From an uncultured virus (IMG/VR IMGVR_UViG_3300033047_000037) (lineage: Duplodnaviria > Heunggongvirae > Uroviricota > Caudoviricetes): DNA of 58,068 bases. The stretch lies in the IMG/VR virus record IMGVR_UViG_3300033047_000037; one strand, given 5' to 3'. The notes below the pieces were generated by a model, which saw only the letters and a list, made by a program, of their open reading frames with translations, did not search any database and had not been told where the DNA came from. Position 1 is the stretch's first letter. Every line of letters begins with the position of its first letter. Below, piece by piece: positions 1-9,721 of this stretch. Both the position numbers and the translations under genes were made by a program.

Positions 1-2
1 AA

Positions 3-1475
3 GAGGCTGTATACTGGTATCACCCGGTTGGCGCTATGGATTTTAATCTTGATACAAACGATATTATACTGTCTGCCTTTGTTGCAACAATGCCTGGCGC
101 TCCCACTCTTGAAATAAGTCATGTTGGAGACGGAGAAACGAACGCCACATATCCAGGCGCAACCTGGGACTTCGAAGCGACAGCAACTACCTTTAGTAGT
201 TATGCAACAATTCAACGAGGAAGCAATAGTAATCCAACAGTAGACTTAGATGGAACGGCTGTTGTATTGCCTCCCGTAAGCACGATCGGAACTCAGCCAC
301 AAGTCGGCGATATAATAATATTCGGATCAAGCGATTTCCCAGGTGCCATTGGTGGCAATATGGCGCTAAGTATTGTGGATACCGCAGCCGATGGTTCTGG
401 AAACCTAACCGTAGAACATGAGCCAAGCATAAATAATGGAGCAACCGATCCTACGAGTCCAACCGCAAAATGGGGACCATATGGGGTTGTTAAACTTCAG
501 GTAACTGCGTCAACAGGAGACGACGACCCTCGACCGTTTGTTGGCATAAGAATAAAGAACAAAAGCGACCAAACGCAAGACGCATTTATTCTTGGCGCTG
601 GCATCGAAATGGTAGGCATCAATGGTCTTGTCCTTATCGGTACAGGTCAAGGCGGCGCAGGATATGTAAACATGGAGACATTTCGTTTCTCTACTCAGAA
701 TTCAGATGGAGTCAGTCCTCATGGTCATCTTATAGGAGCCCTCAATCCTAGCGTAGCCTTTACTTTTCCTGCACAACAAGATAGCGTTCCAGCCGATACG
801 CAAATCCATCTTAGTCTTATTGAAGAAACAATACCAGATATTGAACATGTATTGTGCCAGTCTATACGATGGCCTTCCCCTATTATAGGTAACTCAGGAA
901 CAACCGATATATGGGGAGATTATTTCGCAGCATATGGCGGAAATAGCGTTTATGCAACTGAGCATGGAGCCCAGTCTAATCTCCTTACAGCTATACACGG
1001 ACAAGCTGCCGACCCTGATCACTTTGGACCTCCTGGCGTTGAACTCAATGCTGAATTACTGTTTGCTGGACTATTGACGTTACCCGTTTTCATTGTAGTT
1101 GTAGAAGAAGACGAGGCAAGAGAGATAACAGCAACCTTGGCTCCTACCCACACTCCTTCTCCTACTTTTACTTTAGGAGGCGGTAATTATGCGACGAGAT
1201 TCACTGATCCCAACATAGAATCTATGATAGAAAAGCCAAGTCTAAATGCTCCTGTTACCATTTCCTTTGAGTCCGTATCTGGCGATACAGAAATCCGCTA
1301 TACAGTAAACAACCGCAATCCAACAAGCAAGAGCTTGCTATATAGCGGCCCTTTCATTGTAAGTCGAAACTTAACAGGTGCCGATAATACGGTTATCAAG
1401 GCAAGGTTATATAACAAAAACAACCCCAATATACATAGCCGAATATCTAAGTTGGATTTCAACGTAGTTATGTAA
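3..1475 (+). CDS. 5'-truncated virion/tail-associated protein with possible SGNH-like region and C-terminal chitobiase/FN3-associated (CHB_HEX_C-like) domain
   Basis: Frame is open from position 3 to the track's ATG at 36. G/T/D-rich beta-type composition; DPDH (DxxH) motif; C-terminal EIRYTVNNRNPTSKSLLYSGPF...IKAR pattern. Confidence 0.6.
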   Translation, partial: EAVYWYHPVGAMDFNLDTNDIILSAFVATMPGAPTLEISHVGDGETNATYPGATWDFEATATTFSSYATIQRGSNSNPTVDLDGTAVVLPPVSTIGTQPQVGDIIIFGSSDFPGAIGGNMALSIVDTAADGSGNLTVEHEPSINNGATDPTSPTAKWGPYGVVKLQVTASTGDDDPRPFVGIRIKNKSDQTQDAFILGAGIEMVGINGLVLIGTGQGGAGYVNMETFRFSTQNSDGVSPHGHLIGALNPSVAFTFPAQQDSVPADTQIHLSLIEETIPDIEHVLCQSIRWPSPIIGNSGTTDIWGDYFAAYGGNSVYATEHGAQSNLLTAIHGQAADPDHFGPPGVELNAELLFAGLLTLPVFIVVVEEDEAREITATLAPTHTPSPTFTLGGGNYATRFTDPNIESMIEKPSLNAPVTISFESVSGDTEIRYTVNNRNPTSKSLLYSGPFIVSRNLTGADNTVIKARLYNKNNPNIHSRISKLDFNVVM

Positions 1476-1494
1476 ATTATGATAGGATAATAAT

Positions 1495-1686
1495 ATGGAA
1501 TTAAGCCCTCCACCAGAGCAGATGCAGGAGCATATGCAAGAACCAGCGATTATCGTAGAAACCAATTGGTATGAACACCCCTCGGTAATCGGACCAATTC
1601 TGGCTGCGATAATCGCTGCGATTATTGGCCCCCTCATTGTTCTTCGAGTCAAGAACAAGGCTAATAAGCAATCTCCAAAAAACTAA
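1495..1686 (+). CDS. small single-pass membrane protein
   Basis: AGGA RBS; hydrophobic run VIGPILAAIIAAIIGPLIVL followed by a basic tail. Confidence 0.7.
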   Translation: MELSPPPEQMQEHMQEPAIIVETNWYEHPSVIGPILAAIIAAIIGPLIVLRVKNKANKQSPKN

Positions 1687-1710
1687 CAAAAAACCAACAA
1701 AAAAGTAAAC

Positions 1711-1815
1711 AACTTGAGCAGCATCGATAATACCGCCATCAAAGCAAGGATATTTAACAAAAACAAGCCTAATATACATAGCAAGCTATCGAAAATGGGC
1801 TTCAGTGTATCGTAG
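1711..1815 (+). pseudogene. orphan diverged copy of the 3' end of gene 3..1475
   Basis: Translates NLSSIDNTAIKARIFNKNKPNIHSKLSKMGFSVS*, versus NLTGADNTVIKARLYNKNNPNIHSRISKLDFNVVM* at 1368-1475 (21/34 identical by hand); no start codon. Confidence 0.85.
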
Positions 1816-1848
1816 GCATGAAGAGTGAATACATTAGATTGGATTTAG

Positions 1849-4464
1849 ATGCTATTTAGACTTACTCAGGAAAAGGTCGTTTATATTATGCGGGGCATAT
1901 CTGGCTCCGGTAAATCGACTCTCTCTCAGCAATTGGGAGAGGGCGGTGCTATCTTTTCCACTGATGATTTCTTCATGGTCAACGGAGAATACCAATTCGA
2001 TCGAAGCTTTTTAGGCGATGCTCATTTCTGGAACAAATCCCGAGCTATTGAAGCTATGGAAAAAGGCGTAACGCCAATTGTTATAGATAATACTCATGTT
2101 GAGGCATGGGAAGCTAAGCCTTATGCTGAGGCGGCTCAGTCAAACGGTTATCGCATTGAGATTCAGGAATCTCAGGCCCCTTGGAAATTTGATGCAGAAG
2201 AATTAGCCAAGAGAAATTCTCACGGCGTACCTCGTGAAATCATCGATGATATGCTAAAACGATGGCAACCAGACATGACGGTTGATGATATCATGCAATC
2301 AGAAAAGCCTCGAACAGCTAACGCTCGCATGATGTTTCTATATGCTAGCGTCGTAATTGCATCTATTGAAGATGCAATACAGAACCTAGGCTTAGCTCCT
2401 GATGTATCTCAATATATAATAAGCATACCAGATCAAGCTCTAAAGGGTCAGGTATTCAACTATGCTAGACAGAATCCAGCCGTGTCTCTTGTTGAGCTTC
2501 AACGATGGCAACCGCAGCAGTCTCAGTCTATTGATCCTTATTTGCCAGATGAGTATCGCATATCGCAAACTCTTCCGCAAGTTGCGCAGAAATGGGCTCT
2601 TGTTAATTTAAAGACGCTTCGAAATAGTGATCTAAATCTTCCGACAAACCCCAAAGATCCTAGACTTCTAACAATGAGGCCGGATCTTCAAGAGTATACA
2701 AGCGCTATATCCACGCTAGACCGCCTTGCTCGAACACATGAGCTTGAAGACCTTATCAACTCTAACCCAAATTTCAATATTGATAGTTATGATATTTTTG
2801 GCGCTGATGAATTGGCTCAGGAATGGCATCAGGTTATGGCCGGCAAGGGCGAGGGACTGATGTATAGTCCAACAAGTCAAAACCTTATTGTTTTCGGACC
2901 TGACAATTGGGCTGACCCGAAATATAAGGGATGGACAATCCAGGAAGTTCGCTCAGAGAATGATTTGCTTGTAGAGGGCAATAAGGTTGGACAGTGCGTA
3001 GGCAGTTATTGCGACAGAGTAGATGACGGCGCAGTGAGAATATTTTCACTAAGAGACCCATCTAATGATCCTTTTGTAACCATGGAAGCAGGTGGTAGCG
3101 AAGGCAATACTCCTTGGAGGTTCAAGCAAATCCTTGGAGATGGCCCCAAATCAGGTAACGCTAATCCAAGGTCTGAATACAAAATGATGATTGGCGAGTG
3201 GCTACAAACCCTCAACAATCCTAGCATAGATAGCTTAGAAGAAAATCCTTACTACGAGGAACTTCAAAGTAACAATGTTTATCCAGAAGACGTGCAGAAC
3301 CGAGTTGATGAGGCTATTAGTTATAATGATATGGCGGACTATGGCCTTGAGGGAGAGGTTGTGGATTGGGATCTTGAAAGCATGTATGACGCTGCTCTTT
3401 ATTCTCTTAGAGATGGTGCTAAAGACCCAACCGAATATTCTTATCGTTATGCAGATGACGTAGGCGAAACCCTCGCTGCTCATGCTCTAGATGCAGATAT
3501 GAAAGCTCTCGCAGATCCTAATAGTCATTTGTCTGAAAACAACATAAGAACCGAAGGGGCTAATAGGTTTGCAATAAGCGAATTTCAAGAGAAGTTCATG
3601 AAAAAGAACTATAATAGAAAAAGCTATAAACGTCCTTACTTTTGGGAATATAAGGATCAGGAATCAGAATTAGCAGCGAATGCTATGATGAAACCCCACG
3701 AAAGACCTGTTGACGGAAATACCTATGAGAACGACACAAAGTCAGAATATCTAAAAGCTCGGGCACTACAAATAATCAATACGGCAGGTGCTTCTCCTGA
3801 AGTAGATAAAGAATTACACAAACATATGATTAGTGTGTTCGATGAAAAATCATATGTTGGAGAGCTTATGGAGCTTGGCCAAAGCGAATCTGAGCAATTC
3901 TGGGAATCTAACATGGATAACTTTGGGGATACTGGATTAGAAGTACCTGATAGAGATAATTACGAAACAGATGATGAGTTCGATTCTGCCTACGCAACTT
4001 TTGAAATAGAGGAACAAGATATTCAGTCAGAATGGGAACAGGAGATGAGGAGCAAGCACGATTCTCTTGTTCTTACCGATGCAGCTAGAGAATGGCTTAT
4101 AAATTCAATGACTAGAAATCCACTAGAACTACCGAAATGGATGTCAAAATACAATAACGACAATAGCCAACTGCAATGGCTAGCCAAGTCCGCAGTAATG
4201 GAGCAACAGAAGCAACAGGAGCAAAAAGTGGCGCACAACTGGTATCAAATAATCAAAATAGCAGATGGCTCATTTATCGGATTTGGTTCTGGCGATGAAC
4301 AGTCAAAGCAACAAATTATAGAAATGATTAATGGTCTTGCTCGTAATAGTCCGATGAGCGAAGGCGAAAAAGAGGGAGTAATAAATCAGGCCGTAGGTTA
4401 TATATCTACTGGCTATGATTCTCATTTTGTTATGGATTGGGTCAGAAAGAGAATGGCCGCATAA
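1849..4464 (+). CDS. multidomain protein: N-terminal AAA_33/N4BP2-like polynucleotide-kinase P-loop domain, central PcfJ-like domain, acidic C-terminal region
   Basis: MRGISGSGKST Walker A, FSTDDFF, IVIDNT, LAKRNSHGVP; LLVEGNKVGQCVGSY...IFSLRD...PFVTME resembles PcfJ-like domains. Confidence 0.75.
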   Translation: MLFRLTQEKVVYIMRGISGSGKSTLSQQLGEGGAIFSTDDFFMVNGEYQFDRSFLGDAHFWNKSRAIEAMEKGVTPIVIDNTHVEAWEAKPYAEAAQSNGYRIEIQESQAPWKFDAEELAKRNSHGVPREIIDDMLKRWQPDMTVDDIMQSEKPRTANARMMFLYASVVIASIEDAIQNLGLAPDVSQYIISIPDQALKGQVFNYARQNPAVSLVELQRWQPQQSQSIDPYLPDEYRISQTLPQVAQKWALVNLKTLRNSDLNLPTNPKDPRLLTMRPDLQEYTSAISTLDRLARTHELEDLINSNPNFNIDSYDIFGADELAQEWHQVMAGKGEGLMYSPTSQNLIVFGPDNWADPKYKGWTIQEVRSENDLLVEGNKVGQCVGSYCDRVDDGAVRIFSLRDPSNDPFVTMEAGGSEGNTPWRFKQILGDGPKSGNANPRSEYKMMIGEWLQTLNNPSIDSLEENPYYEELQSNNVYPEDVQNRVDEAISYNDMADYGLEGEVVDWDLESMYDAALYSLRDGAKDPTEYSYRYADDVGETLAAHALDADMKALADPNSHLSENNIRTEGANRFAISEFQEKFMKKNYNRKSYKRPYFWEYKDQESELAANAMMKPHERPVDGNTYENDTKSEYLKARALQIINTAGASPEVDKELHKHMISVFDEKSYVGELMELGQSESEQFWESNMDNFGDTGLEVPDRDNYETDDEFDSAYATFEIEEQDIQSEWEQEMRSKHDSLVLTDAAREWLINSMTRNPLELPKWMSKYNNDNSQLQWLAKSAVMEQQKQQEQKVAHNWYQIIKIADGSFIGFGSGDEQSKQQIIEMINGLARNSPMSEGEKEGVINQAVGYISTGYDSHFVMDWVRKRMAA

Positions 4465-5508
4465 TGAGTTGGTACTTTCGAGTAAAACTTGCTCAGCTAT
4501 GGGAAATAAACTCTGATGGAGAGTTTGACGATGAACTGCGCAGAATTTACGAGCTAGAATACAAGCTTAGCATGCTTGGCTCTCGCCCCTTTAGCGGTAT
4601 GCCTAAAAGACAGCAAGCGATACTTGCTCGACTTGAAGACGAAGCCAGAGATTCAGTTACGAACGTTGTAGACGCTCTAATGCCTGTATTTGAGAAATGG
4701 CTACAAGGACATGCTCTTACAAATCCTGATGACTGGTCAGATTCTCAAATGGAATTTTCGAGAGAGGAGCTTGGGGATGACTTCGATCAATGGTGGGATA
4801 ATTTTATGGCGACTGGTCAAAACTACAGGTCTCTTAGGCCTTCTTATAGTCAGGAAAATACGGACTGTAGCGAACTCTTTCAAATCCTAACACAGCTTGA
4901 TAATAACGGCTTTGAAATGTTTATGCGAGACTGGGCATACGGAAAAAAAGAGGCCGTTCAAGAGAATAAGTGGTCTGACTGGAACAGCGGCCATTCCGAA
5001 CATGAAACAGAAGAGGAACTAGAACTAGCCATCGAACAAGAGCAGTTACAATATGATCAACAAACAATAGGCGATTATTTCGAGGCTTTTTCAGGCCCTC
5101 ATTGCTCAAGCGTTCAAGAGGCCTTGCGTCAGGTAGCTATGTCTACGGGGATCGAGCCCCTTTTCCGTATGTTGTATTCTAAGTTTTTGTTTCCAAAATG
5201 GTTTGCCCATTGGCAGCCACAAGGCATAGAAGACACAAGGCATAGAAGACACAAGGCAAAGGATTTTGGATGCTCATGCCATACTTCAAGAGGTAGAAAC
5301 AACAGCCGAAAACAATATAAGCCGAGCGCTTGGGGACATAAATATTGTCATTATGACGAGCCATCAGACAGGCGGAATGATGGAATATATATCTGAGTTA
5401 TATGGCGCTGAAGACATAGAAAACACTATGAGCGAACTCACAAATATGACTACAGAAGATTTAGAACCATGGAATAAGTCTCTAAGGGACGTTGGAGTAC
5501 AAATATGA
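4464..5508 (+). pseudogene. hypothetical (probably virion) protein interrupted by a 16-bp tandem duplication
   Basis: Starts MSWYFRVKLAQ at ATG 4464, coupled to the upstream TAA. Removing one 16-bp copy at about 5220-5251 joins track ORFs 4437..5396 and 5266..5508 (...WQPQGIEDTRQRILDAHAILQE...). Confidence 0.75.
5218..5258 (+). repeat. 16-bp direct tandem repeat (CACAAGGCATAGAAGA x2.5)
   Basis: cacaaggcatagaaga cacaaggcatagaaga cacaaggca. Confidence 0.95.
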
Positions 5509-6380
5509 CACTCAATAACAAAAGGACTCGAAACTGGTATGTTAATCTTAAGTTTGCTCAATTCGAAAAAGTAGCTTCGGTAACTTTCTTTGTTGCAGAT
5601 TCTCACAAGATTGCTCAACCTAAAAACATACTTGACCTTGCTCATGAGTTTACGAACTGGTCTTACTATGGTTCAAAAATGGCTAATGAAAAGGCGTCTC
5701 CAATGTTGAATCAAGTGGCTCCTGACGGCGATGACTTCGATCAGCCTACAGGCACTATAAATTTCTACTCTGTGGAGAATTCTAATAATGGCGCAAAAAA
5801 TAGACCTGAAGACCTAAAGCCCCTTATTGAGGCTTGGATAGAAGAGAAGAAAACAGAAGGTTATGAATTTGATTATTCTGGTCAAGTTGAAATTTCAGGC
5901 GCTTGGGGATCTGAGGTCCAAAGAGTGAAGGTACTAAAAAACCCAAGCCAAGAATATCCTACTATACCCGAATCAAATATGGCAAACGACAATGCCTACT
6001 CAATCCTTAGAACGCTAGGACTTCCACAAGAACCTTCTGGCTCCGTGTCCGCTATTGAGCTAAAAACTCGTATAGAGCAAGTATCTCAAGAAGAGATGCA
6101 AAAAGAGACCAAGCCCTCAGGCTGGATATCCCCTCAAGAGCAGCCTGACGAAGCGATGGATGACGACGCAGTTTCCTTTGGGCAGCTTGGCGGAGATCAA
6201 ACCAGAGACCCCTGGGAGGAACCGAACCACCCACCTGTTCAGCAGGACAAGCCAGAAGGACAAATTGGTATGTTTGAGGCCGGTCGTGATGAGAATTACA
6301 TAGATAGTAAATTACAAGACATATACAGAGTCGTTGACTTTGCTATTGAGCATGGATTCCAGGAAATATCATGGGGATAA
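5505..6380 (+). CDS. hypothetical acidic protein carrying the WY..K.AQ tag
   Basis: GGAG RBS, ATGA overlap, 291 aa; RNWYVNLKFAQ near the N-terminus. Confidence 0.8.
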   Translation: MTLNNKRTRNWYVNLKFAQFEKVASVTFFVADSHKIAQPKNILDLAHEFTNWSYYGSKMANEKASPMLNQVAPDGDDFDQPTGTINFYSVENSNNGAKNRPEDLKPLIEAWIEEKKTEGYEFDYSGQVEISGAWGSEVQRVKVLKNPSQEYPTIPESNMANDNAYSILRTLGLPQEPSGSVSAIELKTRIEQVSQEEMQKETKPSGWISPQEQPDEAMDDDAVSFGQLGGDQTRDPWEEPNHPPVQQDKPEGQIGMFEAGRDENYIDSKLQDIYRVVDFAIEHGFQEISWG

Positions 6381-6404
6381 ACTGGTACAGAAGGCTGGAA
6401 CCTT

Positions 6405-7775
6405 ATGCTGCTTCCTTTTTCGGATAGTAAATTTCTACTCATAGGCAATGGCCCCTCTGCTACTAGGAAGAAGGTTGGTAAACTTATAGATGAGTTTGAC
6501 GGTATCGTTGTTAGATTTAATGATTACAAAATAGAAGGCTATGAAGCATATGTCGGAACTCGCACAGATATGTGGAGTACGGTTCATCCATACAACAAAG
6601 AGTCTAAATTCTCCATAATTATTTATCTTACAGGCTTATGGGATGAAGACAGCAGCGGCAAACGGTTTTCTGATTTTCGCAAACTTTACAAGAAAACTCC
6701 TGTTTTCCAGATCAATCCTGAGATTTCATCTAAGGTAACGATCAATAATAGGGTTAGATTGAGATTTGGAGCATGTTCATCAGGAGCTAGTCTAACCGAA
6801 ATACTGACCCAAACAAATAGCAAAGTATTTATCTATGGCTTTGATTTCTTCAACAGCGATGCCCACCACTACGGCGATACTCTTAACTTTTCAAAAAGAA
6901 TTCATGACCCAAAAGCAGAAGAAGCCTATTTCCGTTATCTCATAAAAGAAGGTTCCGTTAGCGAATTTGCAACAGCTATTGACGCTGATAAAAAAAGCGA
7001 CCACCCTTGTATGTTCTTGTTGTCCCAAACAGGCGATGGGGAAAGGGATTGGATTAGAACTAGATTTCCAGGAAACATAGAAGAGATTGAAGATGCAGAT
7101 ATTGCTTACTCTAGGGCGGCGGATCTTCTGTCTCAAAATATGCAAGTCTATATATCTGGCTACGACTCGCATGACGAGCTTCAGCAGATAGCAACCAGTT
7201 ATTCCAATATAAAAAACATCCCACCAAGCTCAAGTATGATTGAGTGGTATCATTGGGTGGGAAATTCGTTGGATAACAAAACAGTGCTTGTCATTGCGAG
7301 GGATCCAGCAAAGGCCGTTTCTTGTCTTTCTGATTATGGCGCAAAGTCTATTGATACCTACATATTGGGAGACCACGAGGAACACCGCCTAAAGGACATA
7401 AAAGCCAAAAGCTATGACTGTGTAATGTGTCTTGAATCTCTATCGCATGTACCGGATGACTCCATGATTATTTCTCAATCCAACAGAATAGCTAAAGAGA
7501 AGATAGTATGCGGATATGAGCTTAGTTGTAACTCGAACAATGACAGAATAGCTACACTACATAAAGTGTTGTTCGATTTCAAATTTGATGAGCTTTGGCT
7601 TGGTAATGCTATCGGTAGTAAAATATCTTTGGCAATCGAGAAAAAGGGAGAAGACTATTGGGATCATAGTGTCAAAGACTGGACAAAAAGTACGAGCCGC
7701 AGCTACGAGAGCTACCCTATAATAGCTACTGGTAGTAAACAACTGTCTCAGTCTGTTTTGGTTCGGTATAAATAA
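6405..7775 (+). CDS. GT29 (sialyltransferase-like) glycosyltransferase domain fused to a degenerate SAM-methyltransferase-like domain
   Basis: LIGNGPS...GKLIDEFDGIVVRFNDY...VGTRTD (sialylmotif L-like), IYGFDF...HHY; C-terminal YDCVMCLESLSHV. Confidence 0.7.
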   Translation: MLLPFSDSKFLLIGNGPSATRKKVGKLIDEFDGIVVRFNDYKIEGYEAYVGTRTDMWSTVHPYNKESKFSIIIYLTGLWDEDSSGKRFSDFRKLYKKTPVFQINPEISSKVTINNRVRLRFGACSSGASLTEILTQTNSKVFIYGFDFFNSDAHHYGDTLNFSKRIHDPKAEEAYFRYLIKEGSVSEFATAIDADKKSDHPCMFLLSQTGDGERDWIRTRFPGNIEEIEDADIAYSRAADLLSQNMQVYISGYDSHDELQQIATSYSNIKNIPPSSSMIEWYHWVGNSLDNKTVLVIARDPAKAVSCLSDYGAKSIDTYILGDHEEHRLKDIKAKSYDCVMCLESLSHVPDDSMIISQSNRIAKEKIVCGYELSCNSNNDRIATLHKVLFDFKFDELWLGNAIGSKISLAIEKKGEDYWDHSVKDWTKSTSRSYESYPIIATGSKQLSQSVLVRYK

Positions 7776-7804
7776 AAACACTCCCCCTGTTTCCAGAGAG
7801 AGTG
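7774..7804 (-). terminator. rho-independent terminator
   Basis: 11-bp stem with G-U pairs, GAAA loop and U5 tail on the minus strand. Confidence 0.8.
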
Positions 7805-7856
7805 CCGCCCCGAAGGGCTGCGCGGGATGAACGAGAGAGGCAACAGGCCTCTACAG
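7774..7856 (-). ncRNA. putative small RNA (three hairpins ending in an intrinsic terminator)
   Basis: Minus strand: AGAGGC-CUGUU-GCCUCU, a 17-nt unpaired segment, GCCC-UUCG-GGGC, then CACUCUCUCUG-GAAA-CAGGGGGAGUG-UUUUU. GACGATAA box just upstream (7869-7862); no credible ORF. Confidence 0.65.
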
Positions 7857-7972
7857 CAATCTTATCGTCAATCTTACTGGTTTCATTCAGTAGACTTGAT
7901 AAAAACAGCTATGTATCTTCCGTGAATGGCAATTTTGAATGGATTGCCGATACAAATAGTAGCATGAAGCAC

Positions 7973-8000
7973 TTGCAGGTGAAACATTCGCCGCTATAAT
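7973..8000 (+). promoter_or_regulatory. sigma70-like promoter
   Basis: TTGCAG-N16-TATAAT, 31 nt upstream of ATG 8032. Confidence 0.5.
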
Positions 8001-8031
8001 AGGGGCGTCCACTCAAGAATAGGAATACACC

Positions 8032-8304
8032 ATGCCTTTACTCGCTCTCATCCTTTTTATTATTGTGGTTGTAATTGTAGTTTTCATACTATTATTTGTC
8101 TTGCGAGCCTTTTATAGCGTGGACAAATTCTTAAAGGGCCTGGGAGAAAAGAAGAGAGACCGAAAGGCTATTCGTTTGGCTGAAATCGAATTACAACAAC
8201 AAGAGTCAAGACAGAAGCACGAAAAAACCATTGCGTCTATGGAAGCCCTTGGTTTTGATGCTGAGAAGCTAGGACTAACAGAGAGTGATCATCTGGAGCA
8301 TTGA
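8032..8304 (+). CDS. small membrane-anchored coiled-coil protein
   Basis: AGGA RBS; long N-terminal hydrophobic helix and charged helical tail. Confidence 0.75.
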   Translation: MPLLALILFIIVVVIVVFILLFVLRAFYSVDKFLKGLGEKKRDRKAIRLAEIELQQQESRQKHEKTIASMEALGFDAEKLGLTESDHLEH

Positions 8305-8310
8305 TTCGTT

Positions 8311-9054
8311 ATGGATACTCATCCAGGTAAAAATACCAGAATTGTCAAGGCCGGTCCATCGCAGATCAAGGCTGTAAAGCAAAAATCTGTATCGCTTGCC
8401 ATCTCTGAAGGTAAAACTAGAGCAGAAATTGAAGATAGATTCGGGGTTAAGCTTGCTTTTATAAAGGAAGCATGCGAAAAGCATGGAGTAGTTTTTGAAC
8501 CTCTTGGTCTCAACTCCGACCGAACGTTCAAGATATTGTCTGATCTAGCCAACACTAGACTGACTCTCACGGACATTTCAACCAGGTACGGTGTAAGCGT
8601 AGCCACGGTTAGCGGTTTGCATCGAAAAGCTCTTGAGAACGAATTATTTACTTCTCAAAGAGTAAAAGGACAAGACCTGCCAAGAAAAGCCTTAAAAATT
8701 GCAATACATTTTGATGACAATTTGGTAGACGCCTCTGATAAATATCGAGGAATTATAGGAACAATTGGACATGTCGCAGAAATTCTCATTATCGCATCTA
8801 GACCGGATTACGACGAATCTGAGGTATGCACTCGACTCAATGGCCTCGGGTTTGGATTTGATCGCATCATCCTTACCTCATCGATCTCTGAATGCGTCCG
8901 CATCCAAAAGTGCGACCTCTTCATCTCGTCAGACGACTCAGAAATCTGCGAGATTGATCAAGGAACTACTGTCCTCAAAGTCCGAGAGATGGGGAACTTC
9001 GACTTCGAAGACCTCCTCTGGGTCTACGACTCTAGAACTGGAACTCAGGCTTGA
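8311..9054 (+). CDS. HTH-containing protein with C-terminal degenerate HAD-like domain
   Basis: LTLTDISTRYGVSVATVS HTH; IAIHFDDNLVD, IIASR and LFISSD resemble degraded HAD motifs. Confidence 0.55.
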   Translation: MDTHPGKNTRIVKAGPSQIKAVKQKSVSLAISEGKTRAEIEDRFGVKLAFIKEACEKHGVVFEPLGLNSDRTFKILSDLANTRLTLTDISTRYGVSVATVSGLHRKALENELFTSQRVKGQDLPRKALKIAIHFDDNLVDASDKYRGIIGTIGHVAEILIIASRPDYDESEVCTRLNGLGFGFDRIILTSSISECVRIQKCDLFISSDDSEICEIDQGTTVLKVREMGNFDFEDLLWVYDSRTGTQA

Positions 9055-9109
9055 AAGAGAGTTTGAGCCGTTCTCTCCTGAGTGGAAACTGCCTAAAAGA
9101 GTAGGCCAC

Positions 9110-9664
9110 ATGGACCTTGAGGTTGTTCGTATCAGTCCAGATGACATATCTCTCGGCCCTGTAAAGATCATGTCGCCAAACGGCCCTATTACGAAAACAA
9201 ATGTTCCAGTAGTCGTTATCGAAGGAACTCAGGTTCTTAACGACAGCGAGGGGCAGGTCTTGCTGAGCGTGAATAATCTTTTTGATACTGCAAAAATGGC
9301 TGTCGTCAAGCTGAGAATGGAGTGCAGCCCTCAACAGGCCGAGACACTGCTAAAGACTCTTGTGAACAAGATCATAAAGGATACTGGCTGGTCTTATGGA
9401 GATGCTCTTTTCAATCTGGTTATCAGAGAGTGGATTGACCCCCAAATTCGCAACGGAGACCTCAAACTGCCTAGCGAGCTTGAAGACACTTTGAGAGTCT
9501 ATATCGCAGAAGAAGGCGGACTCATACAGTGGACCAGTTTCCCTTATCATTCTCCAAGCTTTACCATCGGCGCTGTTGTCCAAAAAGACTTCACAGACGA
9601 AGATATGGGAGAAGAGGATTACGACGACGAAGAAGAAGATTGGGGTACTGGCGAACCAGGATAA
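9110..9664 (+). CDS. hypothetical protein (start uncertain)
   Basis: Track ORF 8765..9664 overlaps the upstream gene by 290 nt; ATG 9110 after AGAGTAGG is more plausible; acidic tail. Confidence 0.65.
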   Translation: MDLEVVRISPDDISLGPVKIMSPNGPITKTNVPVVVIEGTQVLNDSEGQVLLSVNNLFDTAKMAVVKLRMECSPQQAETLLKTLVNKIIKDTGWSYGDALFNLVIREWIDPQIRNGDLKLPSELEDTLRVYIAEEGGLIQWTSFPYHSPSFTIGAVVQKDFTDEDMGEEDYDDEEEDWGTGEPG

Positions 9665-9721
9665 CCTATTCACATGCGATCGACTCAATGGGTATAAGTA
9701 TTTAGAAAGGAAATAATTCAT

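Noticed and set aside
7802..7999. 65-aa ORF on the + strand
   Set aside because: GTG start inside a hairpin, running through promoter elements; better explained by the minus-strand RNA.
8765..9109. N-terminal extension of ORF 8765..9664
   Set aside because: It overlaps gene 8311..9054 in another frame and is S/T-rich like a shadow frame; ATG 9110 is preferred.
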